Source: an uncultured delta proteobacterium (lineage in GTDB: Bacteria; Myxococcota_A; Polyangia; Palsa-1104). Taken from it: 64,000 nt of DNA. Location of the stretch: the NCBI GenBank assembly GCA_963785725.1, contig CAWAWS010000005.1, forward strand, positions 128,001 through 192,000, in the 5' to 3' direction. Both the position numbers and the translations under genes were made by a program. The notes beneath the pieces are model-generated. The model was not told the origin of the DNA. It saw only the letters and a list, made by a program, of their open reading frames with translations, and did not search any database. Positions 29,502 to 38,628 of the stretch are shown here, one piece after another. Position 1 is the first letter of the stretch. Every line of letters begins with the position of its first letter.

Positions 29502-31289
29502 TTACAAGTCGAGGACGAGGTCGCGCGTCGGTCGTGAGCAGCACACGAGGAGGTTGCCGTCGGCGGGTCTGTCGAGCGGCTCCGGTCCGTAGACGACCGC
29601 GCCGGAAATGAGCCCGCTCTCGCAGCTGTGGCACACGCCGGCCCGGCACGCCCAGCGGACCGGGACATCGCAGGCCTCGGCCAGCTCCAAGAGGCTCTGA
29701 TAGGCCGACGGCTTCCAATGCGCCGCGATGCCGCTGCGCGCGAACGACACCAGCGGACCGGTCTCGGCGTCGTCTTTGGGCAGATGCGGCGCTCGCGTCG
29801 CCGCGCCGACGACGCCCGGGGTCAGCGACTCCGAGCCGACGAAGATCTCGAGATGGATCCGCTCCGACGCGACGCCCAAGGCGGCCAGATCCTCTTTCAT
29901 GCCGGCCATGAAGCGCGTCGGCCCGCACAGGTAGACCTCGGCGTCGCGGGGCACGCCGACGGTCTCGAGGAGCGATCGCGACAGGTGGCCGGCCGCGTCG
30001 AAGTCGTCGCCGAGCGTGTCGCGCGCGCCCGGCCGCGAGTAGCAGACGAAGCTGCGGCCGTGCGGCAGCGCCTGCATGAGGCCGCGGGCCTCGACGGCGA
30101 ACGGATGATGCCGGCGGTCGCGCGCGCCGTGAAGCCACCACACCGGTCGCGTCGAGCGGGCCGCGGCCAGCGCGTGCAGCATGGCCAGCACCGGCGTCAC
30201 GCCGATGCCGGCGCTGAGGAGCACGACCGGCCGCTCGCCCGACTGCAGGACGAAGCTGCCGCGCGGCGCGCTGACGTCGAGCACATCGCCGACCCGGACC
30301 CGATCGCGCAGGAAGCCTCCGGCGGCGCCGTTGGGCTCGAGCTTGACGCTGATGCGATAGCGCTCCGTCGAGACCGGACCCGACAGTGAATAGCTGCGAA
30401 AGAGCGGCTTGCCGGCGACCGTCGGCTGCAGGCGCAAGACGACGAACTGCCCGGGAAGCGCCGTCGGCAGCGGCCGGCCGTCCGCGCGCTGCAGCGTCAG
30501 CGACAGCACGTCCGCGGACTCTTGGTCGATCGCCGTCACCGCCAGCGGCGCGAATCCCGGCGCCGGCGGATGCGCAGCCGCTGCCGGCACGAGCCCCGCG
30601 TTACCGCTCCCCGCGCTCGCCTGGCTCTGCAACAACGCGGCGAAGGACGCGCGCCAGCCGGGTGCGAGCGCCTCGATGCGCAACGCCTGCTCCAGGCGAT
30701 CGCGCGCGTGATGGGGCAGATAGAGCAGCGCATTGATCTCGGCGACGGTCATGCGCACCGTCGCCTCGCCGACCTTCACGATCTCGTCGCCGGCCCCGAC
30801 CTCGCCTTCGCGGAGGACGCGGAAGTAGAAGCCGGGGCGTCCGCTCGAGGTCAAGCAGGGCCGGCATGCGCGGACTCGTTCATGCGGATGCCGACGCGGT
30901 AGCAGGTGACCCGCGGCTGCGGTGACCTCGAAGAGCGCGCTGCCGATCGCGAAGCGGTCGCCGATGCACACCGAATCGTCGGGCAGCCCCTCGATCGTGA
31001 AGTTCTCGCTGAACTGCCCATAGGCGAAGTCGGTCCGCTGCAGCCGCTCCTGCCAATAGCGGTACGATTCGATTTGGTAGACGAAGACGGCGCGCTGCTC
31101 GCCGCCGTGACCGGCCAGGTCGCCCTGACCGTCGCCGTCGAGGTGCAAGCGGCCGACGCGACAGCGGCCGGGCACCGGATCCTTCCAGATCCCGGTGTGC
31201 ACCGTGCGCCCATTCCACGGCAGGTCGCGCGGAAGCCCGACGTTCACCGATAGGAGTCGCGCGCTGTCGCCTGGCCTTTGCGCACCCAT
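29502..31289 (-). CDS. MOSC + 3-alpha + FAD/NAD-binding reductase + 2Fe-2S ferredoxin fusion
   Basis: GDGQGDL..HGG, ENFTIEG, RPGFYFRVLREG, RSYSLS, SAGIGVTP, CGP, CRAGVCHSC..C. Three compensating +1 insertions at 30853-30920. Confidence 0.9.
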   Translation of the reverse strand: MGAQRPGDSARLLSVNVGLPRDLPWNGRTVHTGIWKDPVPGRCRVGRLHLDGDGQGDLAGHGGEQRAVFVYQIESYRYWQERLQRTDFAYGQFSENFTIEGLPDDSVCIGDRFAIGSALFEVTAAAGHLLPRRHPHERVRACRPCLTSSGRPGFYFRVLREGEVGAGDEIVKVGEATVRMTVAEINALLYLPHHARDRLEQALRIEALAPGWRASFAALLQSQASAGSGNAGLVPAAAAHPPAPGFAPLAVTAIDQESADVLSLTLQRADGRPLPTALPGQFVVLRLQPTVAGKPLFRSYSLSGPVSTERYRISVKLEPNGAAGGFLRDRVRVGDVLDVSAPRGSFVLQSGERPVVLLSAGIGVTPVLAMLHALAAARSTRPVWWLHGARDRRHHPFAVEARGLMQALPHGRSFVCYSRPGARDTLGDDFDAAGHLSRSLLETVGVPRDAEVYLCGPTRFMAGMKEDLAALGVASERIHLEIFVGSESLTPGVVGAATRAPHLPKDDAETGPLVSFARSGIAAHWKPSAYQSLLELAEACDVPVRWACRAGVCHSCESGLISGAVVYGPEPLDRPADGNLLVCCSRPTRDLVLDL

Positions 31290-31296
31290 GTCGTCC

Positions 31297-32193
31297 TCAG
31301 GGCGCGTGCGCCGGCTCGGGCGCGTGCGCCGGGCGCAGCGCCGCGGCGTAGTCGCGGGCGAATTGCTCGAGCGTGCGCGGCGCGTGCCCGGTCACGCGCT
31401 GCACGTCGTCGGTCACCACGGCCAGCGCCGTATGGCCCGCACGCAGCGTCGAGAAGTAGTCAATCCAGTGCTCGGCGACCGCCGCTGACGCGCCGGCCTC
31501 ACGGACGATCGCGCGCAGCTCGCGCGGCGCCACCACGCGGAAGCCGATGCGCTCGCCGATGCCGAGCGACAGCCGCTCCGCCACCTCCGCGTAGGTGACG
31601 AGCCCCGGTCCGGTGACCGTATACACCTGCCCAATCTCGGCGCCGCCGGTGAGCGCGATGGCCTCGACCTCGGCGACGTCGTCGACGTCCACGAGACTGA
31701 CGCGCACCTGCGCGTCGACGAGCGGCACTAAAAAGGCGCCCATCTGCGCGATCGGTGGCGACCACTGCAAAAGGACCTGCATGAACTGCGTCGGACGCAC
31801 CACGATGTGCGGCAGCTTCGTCCGTTGCAGATACCGTTCGACGTTGCTATGCGCGCCCGGCATCCCGGTCGCCGTCGGATTTGCGCCGACCGCCGAGTGC
31901 TTCACCAGGAGCGACACGCCGGCGGCCCGCGCCGCGTCGATGAAGCCGATCTCGGCCTCGGTCTGCCGCGGCATCGCCGGCGTGAGCAGAAACGCCGTGT
32001 CGACGCCGGCGAACGCCGACCCGTAGGTGCCGGGCTGCGTGAGGTCGCCGGCGCGCACGTCGACGCCCAGTCGCGCGAGCGCGTCACTCCCCTTCGGGCC
32101 GTGGACGAGCGCGCGCACGCTCGCTCCACGCGCGCGCAGCTGGCGAACGAGACGGCTGCCGACCGTCCCTGTGGCGCCCGTCATCAAGATCAT
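31297..32193 (-). CDS. NmrA-like / atypical SDR NAD(P)H-binding protein
   Basis: RBS GAGGAG; MILMTGATGTVGS, RPTQFMQ, VDVDDVA, YTVTGP. Confidence 0.88.
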   Translation of the reverse strand: MILMTGATGTVGSRLVRQLRARGASVRALVHGPKGSDALARLGVDVRAGDLTQPGTYGSAFAGVDTAFLLTPAMPRQTEAEIGFIDAARAAGVSLLVKHSAVGANPTATGMPGAHSNVERYLQRTKLPHIVVRPTQFMQVLLQWSPPIAQMGAFLVPLVDAQVRVSLVDVDDVAEVEAIALTGGAEIGQVYTVTGPGLVTYAEVAERLSLGIGERIGFRVVAPRELRAIVREAGASAAVAEHWIDYFSTLRAGHTALAVVTDDVQRVTGHAPRTLEQFARDYAAALRPAHAPEPAHAP

Positions 32194-32420
32194 CGTGGCC
32201 TCCTCGCGACAGATCAGATGCAACGCGCGATCCGCTCCGCTCGCGCCTGACGCTGACAGTCGCGCGCCTGCTGTCGCCCGGTTCGCGGAAGGCTTACGAC
32301 GACACCGCGTGCGGTGCCGCCGTGCGAATCGGCGCGGCGCGACGCCGGTCGGCTTCCTCGGCGACGACCCGAGGCGTTGCTCGTCGAACGGTTATGCGTA
32401 CACTGCGCCCGGAGGTAACG

Positions 32421-32897
32421 ATGAACGAGCGGAAACGGTGGCGATTCACGATTGGGCTCGGCGCGGCGGGGCTGCTCGCGCTGTCGGCGCTGACGCTTCC
32501 GCGGCTCGGGCATGCCACGACCCCGCCGCCGGAGCGCTCGCCGTTCGAGTACGTGGGCGGGCTGGCGCTGCACGCCAATCAGCCGCAAGAGCTCGCCCGT
32601 TGGTACTCGGACGTGCTCGGGCTTCCCATTCGAACGGTATTTCCCGGCGGCGTCTTCGGTGGCTTTCGCTCGGGGACGGTCGACTTCCACATGGCGATCG
32701 TCGCGGCGAGCTCGAAGCATCCGGGACCGCCGCCCGGCACGACGTACGTGGTCCTGCGCGTCACCGACCTCGATGGGCGCGTTCGCGACCTGGCGAGCCA
32801 CGGCGTCGTGCCGTACGAGACCACGCAAGACAAGAGCGGCCGCTTTGCCATGATTCACGATCCCGAGGGCAATACGATCGGGCTGTGGTCGCAATAG
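32421..32897 (+). CDS. VOC/glyoxalase family protein with N-terminal signal peptide
   Basis: RBS GGAGGT; hydrophobic signal; LARWYSDVLG, LRVTDLD, GRFAMIHDPEGNTIGLW. Confidence 0.8.
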   Translation: MNERKRWRFTIGLGAAGLLALSALTLPRLGHATTPPPERSPFEYVGGLALHANQPQELARWYSDVLGLPIRTVFPGGVFGGFRSGTVDFHMAIVAASSKHPGPPPGTTYVVLRVTDLDGRVRDLASHGVVPYETTQDKSGRFAMIHDPEGNTIGLWSQ

Positions 32898-32989
32898 CAG
32901 CGGGCCTGCGCGCCGACGTCCGAAATGGTCGGAGACCACGCGCACAACGCGATAGTCGCAGCGTCCTCGTAGCGGCGCTCGCGCGTCGG

Positions 32990-33691
32990 TCAGCCGGGCG
33001 GCACGCAGCCGCCGGCGCCGTCGCACATCGTGCCGTTGCCGACGCTGCAGGGCGTGCCCGGCGCCGCCGGCGCGCTGCCGCACGTGTGCGCCGTCGGATC
33101 GCAGGCGCTGACGAGGCAGGGGTTCGACTGCGGCGGGCAGTTGCTGTCCATCAAGCAGCCGACGCAGGTGCCGCTGCCGTCGCAGACGGCGCCGTTGTCG
33201 TCGTCGCACTGGATGCCCGCGGGCGCGTCGACCACCATGCACATGAAGACCGTCGGGTTGCACAAGTTGGCCTGGCAGGCGGTGGTCGTGATGGGCGCGC
33301 AATCGGCCGGGCTGGCGCAGCCGAGGAAGCAAACGCCATGGCCGTCGCACACGTTGCCGCCGCTGTCGCTGCAGGGCGTGCCGGCGACGGCGTCGCTCAG
33401 GCCGCACATGCCGTTGGTCAGGCACGTGCTGCTCTGGCACGCGGTCGGCGGCGTCGGGCAGTCGCTCGGCACGTGGCACATGCCGCCGCCGTCGCCCGGG
33501 CTGGTCATGTCGAGCGGCGCGCCGGGACAGATCATGGCGCTGTCGATGCACGATCCGTTGCACGGCGATTGGCCGCTGAGACACGCGATCTCCGCCGGCG
33601 TCGAGCAGCCGCCGAGCCCGAGGCCGACCGCGGCTGCGACCACGACGCCGACGACCGCGCGCGCGATCATCAACCGCATCGGCGACTGCAT
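32990..33691 (-). CDS. Cys-rich repeat lipoprotein (myxobacterial type)
   Basis: LGLGGC lipobox; three repeats of DC..C..C..C..GTPC..G..CDGxGxC. Confidence 0.75.
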   Translation of the reverse strand: MQSPMRLMIARAVVGVVVAAAVGLGLGGCSTPAEIACLSGQSPCNGSCIDSAMICPGAPLDMTSPGDGGGMCHVPSDCPTPPTACQSSTCLTNGMCGLSDAVAGTPCSDSGGNVCDGHGVCFLGCASPADCAPITTTACQANLCNPTVFMCMVVDAPAGIQCDDDNGAVCDGSGTCVGCLMDSNCPPQSNPCLVSACDPTAHTCGSAPAAPGTPCSVGNGTMCDGAGGCVPPG

Positions 33692-33806
33692 CGGCGTTCT
33701 TCCCCCGTCAATGGCTCGCGCAATCAGCGAACGGTCGCTCCCCGCTTCATCTTGTCATTCGCGTGATCGCCGAGCCAAGAGAAAAGTTCGGTCTTGGAAT
33801 GGGGCG

Positions 33807-33815
33807 TGATAAAGT
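33807..33815 (+). promoter_or_regulatory. Extended -10 promoter candidate for fecR-ompA
   Basis: TGaTAAAGT about 140 nt upstream of the FecR start. Confidence 0.35.
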
Positions 33816-33956
33816 GGCGCATCCCGGATGACTACGACACCTCTCGATTCGAGCGGTAGCGCGGCGCCGGGCGCGCGCGGCCTGCGCGGCGGACTGCGAG
33901 CCGCGTGGCGGTCGGATCAGGCGGCCGCGGCGTTCCGTTTCATTTCATGGGGGGAG

Positions 33957-34409
33957 ATGATGCGGCATTCGTTCCGAGCGGCGCTCGCAGTGGCAGCGGT
34001 CGCGGCGCTCTCGACGGGCGCGCGGGCCGAGCCGACGGCGATCGGCAAGGCCAAGATCGTGAACGGCAAGGTGACCATCATCCGCGGCGCCAACAAGCTC
34101 GCGGTGAAAGTGGCCGACGCCATCAACGAGCACGATGTCTTCGAGACCGGGCCCGACGGCAGCGTCGGCATCACCTTCACCGACAACACGTCGTTCTCGA
34201 TCGGGCCCAACAGCCGCGTCGCCATCGACACCTACTTCTTCGATCCCAAGAACTTGAAGGGCAACCTCTTGGCGCAGCTCAAGAAGGGGACGATGATGGT
34301 GCGCTCGGGCGAGCTGACGCGACAGCAGCCGGGCTCGGTGCAGGTCAAGACGCCACGAACCGTGCTCGGCGTGCGCGGCACGACCTTCGTCGTCTCTGTT
34401 GACGAATAG
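33957..34409 (+). CDS. Stand-alone periplasmic FecR-domain protein
   Basis: RBS GGGGAG, signal peptide, TGPDGSVGITFTDNTSFSIGPNS, LKKG..SG, VKTPRTVLGVRGT. Confidence 0.88.
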   Translation: MMRHSFRAALAVAAVAALSTGARAEPTAIGKAKIVNGKVTIIRGANKLAVKVADAINEHDVFETGPDGSVGITFTDNTSFSIGPNSRVAIDTYFFDPKNLKGNLLAQLKKGTMMVRSGELTRQQPGSVQVKTPRTVLGVRGTTFVVSVDE

Positions 34410-34414
34410 GCCCT

Positions 34415-37093
34415 GTGCTTCGCGCGCCTCGGTTCGGCTGGCCTCTGTGCATCGGTCTCGGCCTCGCGTGCGCGGTCGCGCGGCTGCCGTCGGCCGGCGC
34501 GCAGTCGGCGGGCTATCAGCTCAACCGCTACGAGCCGACGCCGGCCGGTGATCCGTTTACGCTCGTCGAGTATCCCTGGTACTCGGCGACGCGCTGGTTC
34601 GCCGGCGGGCTGACGCTCGACTATGCGCACCAACTGCTCGTCGCGCACGGCGCGCCGGCGCCGATCGCCAATCAGCTCGACGGACACCTCGACCTCGCCG
34701 GCTCGCTGTTCGATCGCGTCGCCGTGACGCTGAGCGTGCCGATGGTGCTGTACGAAGGCGGCACCGCCTTCAACGGCATCGGGCCGACCGGCGCCGTCGC
34801 CGGCAATCCGCGGCTCGGCGTGCGCGCGCGCCTCGTCGGCCAGCCCGACTCGCGCGTCTCGCTGAGCGCCAGCGCCTATCTCTGGATCCCCGTTGGCGAG
34901 CAGCACAACTTGGCCGGCGACGCGGGCGTGCGCTTCATGCCGCGGCTCAGTCTCGGCGGGCTCATGCTCGCGCAGCTGCCGTGGCAGCTGCGCTGGGCGG
35001 TCAACGCCGCGTTCCTCTATCGCGGGACGGCGCGGGTGGCGACCAGCGTCTCGCCGGTCGGCAACACGGTCGGCTCCGAGCTGCAGCTCTCGGCCGGCCT
35101 CAGCTTCGTGGCGCTCGAGCGCCGCTTCAGCATCGGTCCCGAGGCGCTCTTGTCGATCGCAGTGGCCGGCGATCTGCCGAGCGGACAGCAGCTGGCGACG
35201 CTGGAGCTGCTCGGCGCCGCGCACTATCTGGTGGCCGACACGGTGCAGCTCGGGCTCGGCATCGGCGGCGGCGTGGCCGGTGCGCCCGGTCCGCCCGACC
35301 TCCGCTTCATCTTCTCGCTCGCCTATGCGCCGCTGCGCCGGCGGACCTCGACGTTCGAGCGGGTGGTCGTGCTGCCCGACGAAGACGGTCACGTGGGCGG
35401 CGTCGTCGTCGACGACGGCAAAGCGCGCACGGTGCTCGACCAGGCTTACGCCGCGACGGAGATCGGCAGAAAGGACAAGCGCGCGCGGGCGGTGCAGAGC
35501 TCGGCGCAGGCGCTGCCGCCGGGCGTGGCGGCGTTGGCGCGCGCGCTGCCGCCGTCCGATCGCGACGGCGACGGCATCGTCGACGCGCAGGACGCCTGCC
35601 CCGATCGCGCCGGCGTGGCCTCGGCCGATCCGATTCGCCACGGCTGCCCCAAAGCGTCGGAGAAGGTGGTCGTGCTGCCCGACGCCGATGGACACGTGGG
35701 CGGCGTCGAGGTCGATGACGGCCGGACGAAGACGCTCATCGATCGGCCTTACGCCGGCGTCGAGGTCGGCGCCGACGGCCACGCGCAGGCGGTGGCGCCG
35801 CCGCCGGCCAAAGCCGTGGCTCGCTCGGTCGCGGCCGTCGCCGGCGCGCTGCCGCCGCCCGATGCCGACGACGACGGCGTGCGCGACAACGAGGACGCCT
35901 GCCCCGACCGCGCCGGCGTCGCCTCCGACGATCCCTTGCGCAACGGCTGCCCGGCGGCGCTCGAGCGGATGGTGGTGCTGCCCGATCCCGATGGGCACGT
36001 CGGCGGCGTCGAGGTCGACGACGGCAAGCGGCGCACGCTCGTCGATCAGCCCTACGCCAGCGCCGAGGTCGGCGGCGATGGCCACGTGCGCGCCGTGCCG
36101 CCTTCGCTGCGGTCGGCGGTCGAGCGCTCGGTGGCGGCCATCGCGCGTACGCTGCCGGCCGCCGACGATGACGCCGACGGCATCGCCGACGCCGACGATG
36201 CCTGCCCGGGTCGCGCCGGCGTCGCCGCGCCCGACGCCCTGCGCAACGGCTGCCCGAGCGTGCGCGAGCGCGTCATCGTCCTGCCCGACGCCGACGGGCA
36301 CGTCGGCGGCGTCGAAGTCGACGATGGCCAGTCGAAGACCGTGCTCGATCGCGCCTACGCGACCGCCGAGGTCGGCGCCGACGGGCGCGCGCAGCTGGCG
36401 CCGACCTCGCCGGTGTACGCCGTGACGCGGTCGATCCGCGCCATCGCCACGACGATGCCGCCGCCCGACCGCGACGACGACGGCGTCGCCGATCAAGACG
36501 ACGCCTGCCCCGATCGCGCCGGCGCGCCCAGCGCCGACTCCCTCCGCAGCGGCTGCCCGCGCACCGTCGAGCAGGTGGTCGTATTGCCCGACGAAGACGG
36601 CCACGTCGGCGGCGTCGAGGTCGATGACGGCCACGGCAAGACGCTGCTCGCCGAGGCCTACGCCACGTCCGAGACCGGCAGCGACGGCCGCGCCCGCGGC
36701 TTGAAGACGCTGCCGGCCGAGGTGGCGAAGACCTTCGCGCAGGCGATGGCCGCGCAGCCGCCGGGCGCGCGCCTCATCATCTACTTCGACAAGCGCGCCG
36801 AGCCGGTGCGCGACTTGACCGGCCCCATCGCCAACGTCGTCGCCGAGGTCAAGGCGCGCGCCACCTATTCGATCGACGTCGTCGGCCACACCGACGAGCG
36901 CGGCTCGCGCGCCGCCAATCAGCGCATCGGCCTCGAGCGCGCGCAGCTCATCGCCGACCGCCTGATCGCGGCCGGCGTTCCCGTCGAGCGCGTGCACGTC
37001 ATCTCCAAGGGAATGACCGAGCCGTCGGTGTCGGTGAAGAAGAAGAGCGTCGCCGAATTCCGCAACCGCCGCGTCGAAGTCTTCGTTCGTTAG
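34415..37093 (+). CDS. OmpA-family outer-membrane protein: beta-barrel + five 101-aa repeats with TSP3-like Ca-binding motifs + OmpA peptidoglycan-binding domain
   Basis: Signal peptide, amphipathic beta-strands, repeats ExVVVLPDxDGHVGGVEVDDG..DxDxDGxxDxxDACP..GCP, C-terminal GHTDERG..NQRIGLERA..NRRVEV. Confidence 0.88.
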   Translation: MLRAPRFGWPLCIGLGLACAVARLPSAGAQSAGYQLNRYEPTPAGDPFTLVEYPWYSATRWFAGGLTLDYAHQLLVAHGAPAPIANQLDGHLDLAGSLFDRVAVTLSVPMVLYEGGTAFNGIGPTGAVAGNPRLGVRARLVGQPDSRVSLSASAYLWIPVGEQHNLAGDAGVRFMPRLSLGGLMLAQLPWQLRWAVNAAFLYRGTARVATSVSPVGNTVGSELQLSAGLSFVALERRFSIGPEALLSIAVAGDLPSGQQLATLELLGAAHYLVADTVQLGLGIGGGVAGAPGPPDLRFIFSLAYAPLRRRTSTFERVVVLPDEDGHVGGVVVDDGKARTVLDQAYAATEIGRKDKRARAVQSSAQALPPGVAALARALPPSDRDGDGIVDAQDACPDRAGVASADPIRHGCPKASEKVVVLPDADGHVGGVEVDDGRTKTLIDRPYAGVEVGADGHAQAVAPPPAKAVARSVAAVAGALPPPDADDDGVRDNEDACPDRAGVASDDPLRNGCPAALERMVVLPDPDGHVGGVEVDDGKRRTLVDQPYASAEVGGDGHVRAVPPSLRSAVERSVAAIARTLPAADDDADGIADADDACPGRAGVAAPDALRNGCPSVRERVIVLPDADGHVGGVEVDDGQSKTVLDRAYATAEVGADGRAQLAPTSPVYAVTRSIRAIATTMPPPDRDDDGVADQDDACPDRAGAPSADSLRSGCPRTVEQVVVLPDEDGHVGGVEVDDGHGKTLLAEAYATSETGSDGRARGLKTLPAEVAKTFAQAMAAQPPGARLIIYFDKRAEPVRDLTGPIANVVAEVKARATYSIDVVGHTDERGSRAANQRIGLERAQLIADRLIAAGVPVERVHVISKGMTEPSVSVKKKSVAEFRNRRVEVFVR
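35357..36780 (+). repeat. 303-nt (101-aa) coding tandem repeat, 4 full copies + 1 partial
   Basis: Unit starts at 35357, 35660, 35963, 36266 and 36569, an exact 303-nt period. Confidence 0.92.
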
Positions 37094-37097
37094 CGCC

Positions 37098-38504
37098 TTA
37101 GTGGTCGGAGCCGCCTTGCAGCTCGGACAGCCGCGCGTCGTGCTCGAGGAAGCGGTCGGCGAGCGCCTTGACGAACTGCCCCAAGAACGAGCTGCGCACC
37201 AGCTCCTCCAGCGCGTGACGCTCGACGACGACGGCGCTGACCTCGTCGATGGCGATGACGCTGGCCGAGCGCGGCGCGTCGGCGAAGATGGCCGTCTCGC
37301 CGAACACCTGCCCCGCTTCCAGCGTTCGCACCGTCACCGTGCGCGTCGGATCGGCGGCGTCGCGCTTGCGCACCTCGCAGCGGCCGCCGGTGATGATGAA
37401 GGCGGCGCGCGCCGGCTCGCCCTCGGCCACGATCACCTCGCCCGCGTGGAACTTCTGCATCGCGAACCAGTTGCCGCCGCGCAAGAACGCGCGCAGCTCT
37501 TCGGCCAGCTCCTCGACCGTTTGATGACGCTTGTTCGGGTCGGCCTCCATCGCCTTCATGGCGATGCGGCTCAGCTTCGGCGGCGGCTTGATGGCGACGC
37601 CGGTGCTCTCCTCGGGCGGCTTGAGCTGCCGGCGCTGCGCCAGCGGCAGCGCCTCCGGCACCGGGCCCGGATAAGGCGGCGAGCCGGTCAACATCTTGTA
37701 GAGGATGCCGCCGATCGCGAACACGTCGGTGCGCTGATCGATCTGCTGGATGTGACCCCAGGCCTGCTCGGGCGCCATGTACTGCACGGTGCCGATGACG
37801 GTGCCTTCGGGATCGGCGCGGCGCGGAATCTGCGAGCGGTGGCCGGCGCACACGTGCGCGCAGCCCCAGTCCATGACGTAGACCTGACCGAAGCCGCCGA
37901 CCATGATGTTGTCGGGCTTCAAGTCGCGATGAATGATGCCGCGGCTGTGCGCGAAGGCCATGGCGTCGCAGACCTTGACCAGGATCTCGAGCAGCCGCTC
38001 GAGGTCGCGCTGCGTCTTCTGCGCGGCGATGAGGCGCGTCAGCGTCTCGCCGTCGACCAGCTTCATCGTGAAGTAGCTGGGCACGCCGCGCGCGTCGAGC
38101 ACCAGCTCGTGCACGGGGACGATGTTGGGGTGGTCGAGCTGCCCGGTGATGCGCGCCTCGTCGAGAAAGCGCTCTTTGGAGTCCGGCTGCGCCGCCAGCT
38201 CGTTGTCGAGCACCTTCATGGCGATGTGGCGCAAGAGCTCGGTGTCGTAGAGGCGGCGAATCGAGCCCATGCCGCCGCGCGCGATCTCGCCCTCGTCGCG
38301 CAGGCGATCTTTGCCGCGCAAGGACGGCGGCGCCGCGGCCGGCGTCGGCGGCGGACCGGCGCCCTCGGCGCGCTCCGACTCCCAGGTGTCCACCGAGCCT
38401 TCGAACCAGGGGACATCGCTGGCCTCGTCGTCGACGGCGGAGCTGGGCTTGGCGCGCTGCAGACGGCCGACGGCGGTGACCGGATCATCGTGGCTCATAG
38501 ACAC
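37098..38504 (-). CDS. Soluble Hanks-type Ser/Thr kinase with C-terminal cyclic-nucleotide-binding domain
   Basis: ARGGMG, AMKV, HRDLKPDN, DWG, GTVQYMAPE; cNMP domain FHAGEVIVAEGE..FGETAIFADAPRSASV. Confidence 0.92.
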   Translation of the reverse strand: MSMSHDDPVTAVGRLQRAKPSSAVDDEASDVPWFEGSVDTWESERAEGAGPPPTPAAAPPSLRGKDRLRDEGEIARGGMGSIRRLYDTELLRHIAMKVLDNELAAQPDSKERFLDEARITGQLDHPNIVPVHELVLDARGVPSYFTMKLVDGETLTRLIAAQKTQRDLERLLEILVKVCDAMAFAHSRGIIHRDLKPDNIMVGGFGQVYVMDWGCAHVCAGHRSQIPRRADPEGTVIGTVQYMAPEQAWGHIQQIDQRTDVFAIGGILYKMLTGSPPYPGPVPEALPLAQRRQLKPPEESTGVAIKPPPKLSRIAMKAMEADPNKRHQTVEELAEELRAFLRGGNWFAMQKFHAGEVIVAEGEPARAAFIITGGRCEVRKRDAADPTRTVTVRTLEAGQVFGETAIFADAPRSASVIAIDEVSAVVVERHALEELVRSSFLGQFVKALADRFLEHDARLSELQGGSDH

Positions 38505-38533
38505 TCCCGGTCGTCATCATACCCTCGCCGCGA

Positions 38534-38563
38534 TTGACAGGTCCATAGCGCCGCTTCTACGAT
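38534..38563 (+). promoter_or_regulatory. sigma70-like promoter upstream of the cyclase
   Basis: TTGACA (38534-39), N18, TACGAT (38558-63). A divergent TATGAT -10 lies on the minus strand at 38522-38517 for the kinase. Confidence 0.55.
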
Positions 38564-38628
38564 GAGAACGCCGTCGGCATCGGCCGGGAGTCATTCGTGC
38601 GTCTGGGGACGAGAGCGTTCGAGCGCTG

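Noticed and set aside
34232..36997. 921-aa repetitive minus-strand ORF
   Set aside because: Mirror of the OmpA repeats, caused by scarce stop codons in high-GC DNA.
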